NCBI GenBank assembly: GCA_030149205.1 | Contig: JASBSB010000006.1 | Span: 120,001 to 152,000, forward strand | Reading direction: 5' to 3' | Length of the DNA: 32,000 bases | Origin: Candidatus Heimdallarchaeota archaeon | Lineage (GTDB): Archaea; Asgardarchaeota; Heimdallarchaeia; Heimdallarchaeales; Kariarchaeaceae | Part shown: positions 26,371 through 32,000 of the stretch, piece after piece | Layout: every line of letters starts with the position of its first letter | Position numbering within the stretch: the stretch's first letter is position 1 | Program-made: the position numbers and the translations under genes | Notes under the pieces: model-generated | What the model was told of the DNA's origin: nothing | Databases searched by the model: none | The model's input: only the letters and a program-made list of their open reading frames with translations

Positions 26371-26549
26371 AAGTACTAATCATCCTGATTCTTTTCAAAG
26401 ATTCACTACAAATTTCGGTTGAGGTTTCCTCAAATCTCAGTTGAAACTTAAAAATATTAAGGGGCAAACCCCTCTATTACAAGTTTAGGTTAATTTTGAA
26501 AAAATGTGCACATTTGAAAGATTAATGTATATTCTATGAATCGTAAAAT

Positions 26550-27209
26550 ATGGTGAAAATTGAGACCCATGTTGTAGGTCCATTACAAACAAACTGTTAT
26601 TTGATAATCCTTCCATCAAATCGAGTCTTGATGATTGACCCGGGAGGCCCCGAAGTTGAAATAATTGCTAAACAGGTAAAAACTGATGGTCAGATTATTT
26701 CAGATATACTGGTGACACATGCACATTTCGATCATTATAACTGGGGAAAATTGGTTAAGAATATTTTTGAAAAAGCAAAAATATGGATTGGGGAGGAGGA
26801 TTCAAAGATATTACCTGAAATATTTGATTGGGGAAACAATTTCAACATCTCGACACCTCAGTACTTTGATCCTGATGAGCTGATTCAGAAGAACACGACC
26901 TTGGAATTTGATAATCTAAGCCTCACCTGTATTGACTCACCAGGACATACTCCAGGTTCAACGGTCTATTTTTTGAAGGAAATGAAAGTTGCCTTCACTG
27001 GTGATGTATTGTTCAAACAGTCCATAGGAAGAACAGATTTTCCATTCTGTGATCCTGGGGATATGGAATCAACTCTTCTTCACCTAACTAAAATTCTACC
27101 TGATGAAACTAGAATATTACCTGGACATGGTGAAAGTACCTCAATGGGAGAAGAAAAATCCTCTAACCCGTTTCTTATCTCACTATCAAGGGGATTAAAC
27201 ATTTTTTAG
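26550..27209 (+). CDS. MBL-fold metallo-hydrolase (glyoxalase II-like)
   Basis: TNCY, IDPG, THAHFDH, PGHTPGS, FTGDVLF, GRTD and PGHG motifs. Confidence 0.93.
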   Translation: MVKIETHVVGPLQTNCYLIILPSNRVLMIDPGGPEVEIIAKQVKTDGQIISDILVTHAHFDHYNWGKLVKNIFEKAKIWIGEEDSKILPEIFDWGNNFNISTPQYFDPDELIQKNTTLEFDNLSLTCIDSPGHTPGSTVYFLKEMKVAFTGDVLFKQSIGRTDFPFCDPGDMESTLLHLTKILPDETRILPGHGESTSMGEEKSSNPFLISLSRGLNIF

Positions 27210-27333
27210 ATTCAATCTTTGAATTTGGATAATTGCTAACCTAGAGGGGATTTTGTTTCCTTTCTCTGTAGTTTTGCTCAAATCAATACTAAAATTCAAA
27301 TATCAATAGAATCCCCAAAGACAAGAAACACAC

Positions 27334-27369
27334 AATAGTAAACAATTAAATACGTGTATGTTTACTATT
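27334..27369. promoter_or_regulatory. Perfect 11-bp inverted repeat (AATAGTAAACA-N14-TGTTTACTATT), putative operator
   Basis: Arms at 27334-27344 and 27359-27369, 26-61 nt upstream of the ATG at 27395; the AT-rich spacer contains ATTAAATA. Confidence 0.55.
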
Positions 27370-27394
27370 ATAACTATAAAAAGAGGTAGACAAC

Positions 27395-27664
27395 ATGCAA
27401 TTTTGTCCAAAATGTGATGCATTACTCATATTAGACCCTAAAAAAAGCAAACCAGGGAAGCCAGTTTTGAAATGCAGAGATTGTGATTACTCTTCGAGTG
27501 ATAAGTCCAAAGCTAAGGATTATGTTTTATCTGAAGAGGTCGCTCATTCAGAGAAAGATACTATAGAAATCGTTACTGAAACTGAAAACGATAATATTTC
27601 ATCTGAGATTCGAGAAGAGTTAACAGAACAATACAGAGAAGCTATTGAAGGATTTGATTATTAG
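27395..27664 (+). CDS. RpoM/TFS (Rpb9/A12/C11)-like protein with only the N-terminal zinc ribbon
   Basis: MQFCPKCDALL...LKCRDCDY zinc ribbon, then an acidic helical tail; no second CxxC...CxxC ribbon and no QTRSADE motif. GAGGT SD-like sequence upstream. Confidence 0.75.
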   Translation: MQFCPKCDALLILDPKKSKPGKPVLKCRDCDYSSSDKSKAKDYVLSEEVAHSEKDTIEIVTETENDNISSEIREELTEQYREAIEGFDY

Positions 27665-27669
27665 ACCTT

Positions 27670-28854
27670 ATGGATAAATACTCAGATCCATTTGTGATTA
27701 ACAATCTAAAGTTCCCAGGAAAGGGTAGATTAATTGAAGGTTCACTCTATAGGAAGGGTAATTTAACCAGAATTGGAAAAGAACCTTTCATACTATCTAG
27801 AGCCTTAGGTGAAGATCCGAAAATAATTGATGGGAAAAATGGGGTGATCCTTCCCACTGTTCGTGACAAATTATCTTGGATCAATCCTAATATCTCACAA
27901 AATGAATTGAGAGGGATTGAAGATAATATGATAAAAGGAGGGATAGAAATAACATCATTTCGATCACAAAAAGAGTTATCAAGGGTTGGTTGGTTAAGTC
28001 TTGGCAGAAAAATGAAAACAATCTTATCACCTCAGAATAATATTCTTGGCTCTTTAAATTTCATAGAGAGATGGTATAATCTTCAAGTATCTGGTGAGTT
28101 GCCGGAATCTCAACTTATTGTTGAATACAATGAGTTACCAAATTATTTAAAGGAATATCAATCACCCTGTTCACATCAGATTAATGAACACAGAATCCAC
28201 GAAAACAATAAGAAAAATCCGATGATATCACTTTGGCCAACATCCGTGGAATATTTCTATGCAGACGATGAGTTTACAGCAAAAAACAAACAGCAAGTTG
28301 CTCAAAACAAGTTCTCAACTTTAGAAGAAGAAAGAAGGATTATGAAACTTCCTAAGATTGAACATAAACTCTTGGGAGCAACATATGGAGAATCAAATTC
28401 AACGAACCGCATCCTCTTCCTATATAACCTCCTGTTTGATAAAAGTCACACTAAAAAGTTACAAAACTTTGTTCTACCATTGCGGAGTAAAATTCAAAGA
28501 AAGAATCTCATAAAATCATACCTTGCCAATCAATACACAATAGCTGTGGGGAATCAAGAAATCGGGTCCCAAGACTCCGAGTATAAATTTGGTTTGCCTC
28601 TCAGACCTTTCACCTCATCAATATTAGTAACTTTGTTTTCAGAAAACTATTCTTCACTCTATGAAAAGTTACTTGGTAACCAGAAGGACAGGTATGTTCA
28701 TGACCACACCCAAAGTGAAATTCCTAACAATTTTACAGTTCAAAACAAAACAAAACCTAAGACAATTTCACCTTATGAAGGGATTGAAATTGAGATTCAG
28801 TGGGAAACCACTATTTCAATTAAAAATAATGAAATCTTTTTGATTAGTGATTAA
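27670..28854 (+). CDS. Degenerate dihydroorotase/cyclic amidohydrolase-like protein (probable pseudoenzyme)
   Basis: KIIDGKNGVILPTVRDKLSW aligns with the IDaxGxxvlPGxiDxHxH motif, and LPLRSKIQRKNLIKSYLANQYTIAVGNQ with PPLRxxedrxaLxxxlxxGxIdxiaTDH, but the metal-binding His/Asp residues are absent. Confidence 0.55.
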   Translation: MDKYSDPFVINNLKFPGKGRLIEGSLYRKGNLTRIGKEPFILSRALGEDPKIIDGKNGVILPTVRDKLSWINPNISQNELRGIEDNMIKGGIEITSFRSQKELSRVGWLSLGRKMKTILSPQNNILGSLNFIERWYNLQVSGELPESQLIVEYNELPNYLKEYQSPCSHQINEHRIHENNKKNPMISLWPTSVEYFYADDEFTAKNKQQVAQNKFSTLEEERRIMKLPKIEHKLLGATYGESNSTNRILFLYNLLFDKSHTKKLQNFVLPLRSKIQRKNLIKSYLANQYTIAVGNQEIGSQDSEYKFGLPLRPFTSSILVTLFSENYSSLYEKLLGNQKDRYVHDHTQSEIPNNFTVQNKTKPKTISPYEGIEIEIQWETTISIKNNEIFLISD

Positions 28855-28891
28855 AGGTAATGGTTAACTAGAGCCTAGTGAATTTGATTTA

Positions 28892-29860
28892 GTGGAAACC
28901 GCAATAATCACTGGTGTCACAGGGTTAGTTGGGTCAACTTTATCGGTTCAACTTAAAAAGCACGGATTCCGAGTCATCGGGTTAGGGAGGGATAAAACTA
29001 AACTTCAAAGTTTAGAACAGCAAGGTATTGAAACCATACAATTTGATTTGACTGACCCCCTTGAACACTATCCCATGTTTCCATCAGATGCAATTTGGTA
29101 CCATTGCGCTGCAGCCATCTCAGGAAGCACAGAATCCGTCCTTGAGGAGGTAAATGTTTTAGGAACAGAAAAAATAATTCAGGCCGCTACAACCTCAAAA
29201 GCAAAACAATTCATTCAAATTTCATCTATTGCAACCTATAAACTAAGTTTCACAGAACCAATAAAAGAGTCAAGTCCACTTGAACCAAAGTCCGTTTATG
29301 GTAAATCGAAACTGAAAGCTGACGAATTATTAACTAGTAAACTTTTACCTTTTCCATTTACAATAGTGAAACCCCCATATATCATTGGTCCAGGGGATAA
29401 GAATTTCACATATGAGTTGGTTAATCGTCTGAGAAATAGAAAACTTCCAATCTTCACAAAATCAGGGACAATTGGAGTGATAGATGCGAGAGATTTAGCT
29501 GAATTACTATATCTACTCACACAACATCCAGAAATTAATAATCGGATCGTAAACGTCCAGGGAAATCAGGTTAATTACGAAGACCTTGTTCAAACCATTG
29601 TTAGAACTTGCAATTTACCGAGTCCCAAGAGATACAACTATTATTTTATCATATTTGTTGCATTGATAAACGAGGTGGTCTCCAGACTATTAGGTAAAAA
29701 TCCAGATAGGGGTTTATCGAGGTATCGGATTTATACACTCACTAGCTACAGAAGTTTAAACACAACAATATTAGACAATCAAATTCAAAAATTATATATT
29801 TCAATCAGGCAAAGTATCGAGGATTGGTGTGTGGAAAATAAAGCACAGAGAGGGAATTGA
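28892..29860 (+). CDS. NAD-dependent epimerase/dehydratase (extended SDR)
   Basis: TGVTGLVG, HCAAA, NVLGT, SSIATY, YGKSK and PPYIIGPGD motifs. Confidence 0.92.
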   Translation: METAIITGVTGLVGSTLSVQLKKHGFRVIGLGRDKTKLQSLEQQGIETIQFDLTDPLEHYPMFPSDAIWYHCAAAISGSTESVLEEVNVLGTEKIIQAATTSKAKQFIQISSIATYKLSFTEPIKESSPLEPKSVYGKSKLKADELLTSKLLPFPFTIVKPPYIIGPGDKNFTYELVNRLRNRKLPIFTKSGTIGVIDARDLAELLYLLTQHPEINNRIVNVQGNQVNYEDLVQTIVRTCNLPSPKRYNYYFIIFVALINEVVSRLLGKNPDRGLSRYRIYTLTSYRSLNTTILDNQIQKLYISIRQSIEDWCVENKAQRGN

Positions 29861-29924
29861 ACCCCCGTACATGGTTGTCTTCAAAATATTGCAGACCACT
29901 GCATAGCCACTCTGCCATCTGTGC
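29842..29924 (-). tRNA. trnC: tRNA-Cys (anticodon GCA) with a 12-nt intron at 37/38 (29877-29888)
   Basis: Minus strand reads GCACAGA TG GCAG AGTGGCT ATGC A GTGGT CTGCAA [tattttgaagac] A ACCAT GTAC GGGGG TTCAATT CCCTC TCTGTGC T. Perfect acceptor stem, U73 Cys discriminator, relaxed BHB (CUGC:GAAG with one mismatch). Confidence 0.92.
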
Positions 29925-30091
29925 AAATAGGCAAACTCCTGACTGTTTTTCCCTTAATAATCATTTCCTTAGAGATTAAGTCAAATCACACTCATCTGAT
30001 ATTCCCTTTCAAGGAGGTGGACACAATATCTTAATTCTTGTCACTTTAAGAAGAATAAAGATATAATCTAAGAAAATAAAGTACCAACAAG

Positions 30092-30757
30092 ATGGCAGAA
30101 TATTTTACCTCATCCAAAAAAACTTTGTTTGATTATTGGCAGGATAAATCTCGTTCATTACGGTTTCTAGATGGAGGTACAAGAGAAGAAGCTTACAGCT
30201 ATTTTTGTCTAAACTGTCACCCAAAATTTCCTTGGCTTGATATTGGGTCTGGAACTGGATATGTGATTAAAAAGTGTTTGGGAAATATCTTGGGACAGTT
30301 GATTATCGCGGTCGATATATCATTTGAGATGTTAATTCGATATCAAGTTCCAGAAGTTAACAAAATTATTGCTTCAGGTGAATTCCTTCCTTTAAGAAAA
30401 AAGTCTATTGCATTCACAAGTAGTTTCTTTTGTCTTAGTGATTATCCAAGACTTAGCTTGTTTTCGAATTCTATACAGCGAATATTAATTGACGTGGGAG
30501 AAGTAATTTTATTTGATTACGCGGTGGGTGATGGTTATTGGGAACTCAGAAAGGCACACCATGACCCACAAAAATTAATAGGGAATATTAACCTAAGAAC
30601 TGCAGAAGACATAAACAAAGAGTTTTCAGATTTGAGCAGTTTACAAGAGAAATATATCACATCTACTGTGTCCACCAAGAATTTGATGAGAAAATTTGAC
30701 TTTCTCCCTGAAACCCTTGATAGAAAATTTTTATTCATTCATCTCAAGCGGAGATAA
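30092..30757 (+). CDS. Class I SAM-dependent methyltransferase
   Basis: WLDIGSGTG, AVDISFEML and ASGEFLPL motifs. Confidence 0.85.
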   Translation: MAEYFTSSKKTLFDYWQDKSRSLRFLDGGTREEAYSYFCLNCHPKFPWLDIGSGTGYVIKKCLGNILGQLIIAVDISFEMLIRYQVPEVNKIIASGEFLPLRKKSIAFTSSFFCLSDYPRLSLFSNSIQRILIDVGEVILFDYAVGDGYWELRKAHHDPQKLIGNINLRTAEDINKEFSDLSSLQEKYITSTVSTKNLMRKFDFLPETLDRKFLFIHLKRR

Positions 30758-31678
30758 AAGATTGAAAATGTCTTCAGGAGAATCACAAATTAAGTAAGCT
30801 ATTTGTTCTAGACCTAAGATAGGTTCTGAGTAAATTAATATGGGTTTTGAACTATCACCCAATAAATTAAACACCTTAGAAATTGCTTTTAAGCTCATTG
30901 TATCAATATTGGCTTTAATTTCAGTGACAAGTCCCTTTAGACTAATTAATAGCATATTGGAAAATTTCAGAGTAATCGCTGCCCTTAAATGTTCAAAAAA
31001 CTGATGAACTGTCAATAGGAGTCTCGCAGTTCCTTCTGAAGCTCCAAACTCTGGGGAAGGAATGCGGGTTAAGTGTCCACGATACTTAGTAATTCTTCCT
31101 GGGAAGGCTGAAACATCTAGTTCTGATTGCATATCTGATGTTCCATAGATCATCTGTAACCCAATTTCAGGAACAATTGCTGGTAAAATTGATAACTGAT
31201 CCAATGAACGGATTATCTTTCCCAAGGATTGAATTATAGTGAACCTTTCTTCGGTTAGGAGCTGTATCTGATGTTCTGTGGTAATACAAGCTGTGCAAGG
31301 AGCTCCACCTGTGTTCAATCCAGATACAATTTTGGAATGTAGGACACATGTTGGACCACTGATGCGCAACTCTTTGCATTTCTCACAAACTTTTTGGATA
31401 GCCTTCTCGACAGAGTTTTTTTCTGATAAAATTAAAATTTCTGTGACCTCTTGGGCTACAAGTTTTGCACTTTGATCTATCATCTTAACTTCTTTGTTGT
31501 CTAAATCTAGTTTGATTTTTTGTTTTTTCCTAAGATATGAACTCACCAAAGCCTGAGAAACCCTAAGAATTGATGCAATTTCTGATTGGGTGTATCCAAG
31601 TTTTGAGAGATTTATCGCTGTTTTTTGTCTTACATTTGCAATGTAAGGTTCTGCGATTAGTTCACATGGCATTTTCAT
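30731..31678 (-). CDS. thiR: ThiR-like regulator: HTH fused to a ThiN (thiamine-phosphate synthase-like) domain
   Basis: N-terminal MPCE...GYTQSEIASILRVSQALVSSYL HTH with a Cys cluster; C-terminal IVPEIG...VSAFPGRI...PEFGASEGTARLLL ThiN-like domain. Confidence 0.8.
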   Translation of the reverse strand: MKMPCELIAEPYIANVRQKTAINLSKLGYTQSEIASILRVSQALVSSYLRKKQKIKLDLDNKEVKMIDQSAKLVAQEVTEILILSEKNSVEKAIQKVCEKCKELRISGPTCVLHSKIVSGLNTGGAPCTACITTEHQIQLLTEERFTIIQSLGKIIRSLDQLSILPAIVPEIGLQMIYGTSDMQSELDVSAFPGRITKYRGHLTRIPSPEFGASEGTARLLLTVHQFFEHLRAAITLKFSNMLLISLKGLVTEIKANIDTMSLKAISKVFNLLGDSSKPILIYSEPILGLEQIAYLICDSPEDIFNLLSPLEMNE

Positions 31679-31751
31679 AATTCTTTACAATATAAGTGGG
31701 TGATATAAGAGTATAATAACCTTCTTAATTTTGAACACAAAACCTCAATCA

Positions 31752-32000
31752 ATGAAGAATAAATTTCTCTTTTTGTTTATAACCTCCATCTTGTTTATGT
31801 CTGCTTCAACAAATGGATTAAATCTCCAACAAAATACTTCAAAACTAACCATTTATACCTATGACAGCCTCTTAGCTGATCCGGGGTATGATTTTGTGGG
31901 TAATTTCTCAGTACATGCAAATATACCTCGAAATGATATAAAATTGGTGAAATTTAGTGATGCTGGATCTATGTTAAGCCGTGTAATAGCAGAAAGGAAC
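31752..32000 (+). CDS. thiB: Thiamine ABC transporter substrate-binding protein (ThiB/TbpA-like), partial at right edge
   Basis: Manual translation MKNKFLFLFITSILFMSAS...KLTIYTYDSLLADPGYDF...VKFSDAGSMLSRVIAERN: signal peptide plus the LTxYTYDS and DxGxxLxRxxxE motifs; divergent from the thiR-like gene. Not in the ORF track. Confidence 0.75.
   Translation, partial: MKNKFLFLFITSILFMSASTNGLNLQQNTSKLTIYTYDSLLADPGYDFVGNFSVHANIPRNDIKLVKFSDAGSMLSRVIAERN

Noticed and set aside
23870-29841. Region between two convergent tRNA genes as a possible integrated island
   Set aside because: I found no duplicated tRNA 3' fragment (att site), integrase or compositional shift by eye, and the content looks chromosomal. 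An exact-match search would settle it.
1312-31475. Short ORFs in the track that overlap longer genes: 1312-1554, 3272-3547, 3877-4113, 6132-6320, 6600-6824, 10963-11283, 11446-11652, 12106-12339, 12740-12922, 13584-13826, 14371-14613, 15957-16175, 17680-17991, 19621-19803, 20770-20961, 26273-26467, 28661-28843, 29296-29520, 30535-30738, 31167-31379, 31278-31475
   Set aside because: They are antisense or off-frame shadows of well-supported genes, with no recognisable motifs and shadow-like composition.
1-32000. CRISPR array, IS elements, integrases or defence genes
   Set aside because: No regularly spaced short repeats, transposase or recombinase motifs, or known defence-gene motifs were seen.

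Overview
AT-rich archaeal chromosomal window. The domain call rests on tRNA introns with bulge-helix-bulge (BHB) motifs, an RNase HII with a PIP-box, Trm1, DUF61, an RPC34/TFE-beta homolog, a ThiN-domain regulator and TATA boxes about 25 nt upstream of many start codons. The gene mix is compatible with an Asgard (Heimdallarchaeia-like) genome, but that is inference. Most of the window is housekeeping or metabolic: LeuA-family synthase, 3-hydroxyacyl-CoA dehydrogenase, MsrA, CcdA, Zn-dehydrogenase, rlmE-trm1-rnhB, GNAT, amidohydrolase, radical SAM, SDRs, MBL hydrolase, methyltransferase and ThiR/ThiB. Items absent from the ORF track that I read from the sequence: a TlpA/thioredoxin gene truncated at the left edge, a thiamine ABC substrate-binding gene truncated at the right edge, a tRNA-Glu(CUC) with two introns (37/38 and 59/60), and an intron-containing tRNA-Cys(GCA) whose 3' end overlaps a convergent CDS. 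The main novelty candidates are a tandem pair of unrecognised 539-aa multi-pass membrane proteins duplicated with their promoter next to an RHH/coiled-coil gene; a one-zinc-ribbon TFS-like gene in an apparent operon with a degenerate dihydroorotase-like protein behind an 11-bp inverted repeat; several proteins with eroded catalytic motifs (IscA-like, DUF151-like); and a sequon-rich type I surface protein upstream of a membrane-bound wHTH regulator. No CRISPR array, transposase or integrase was seen.
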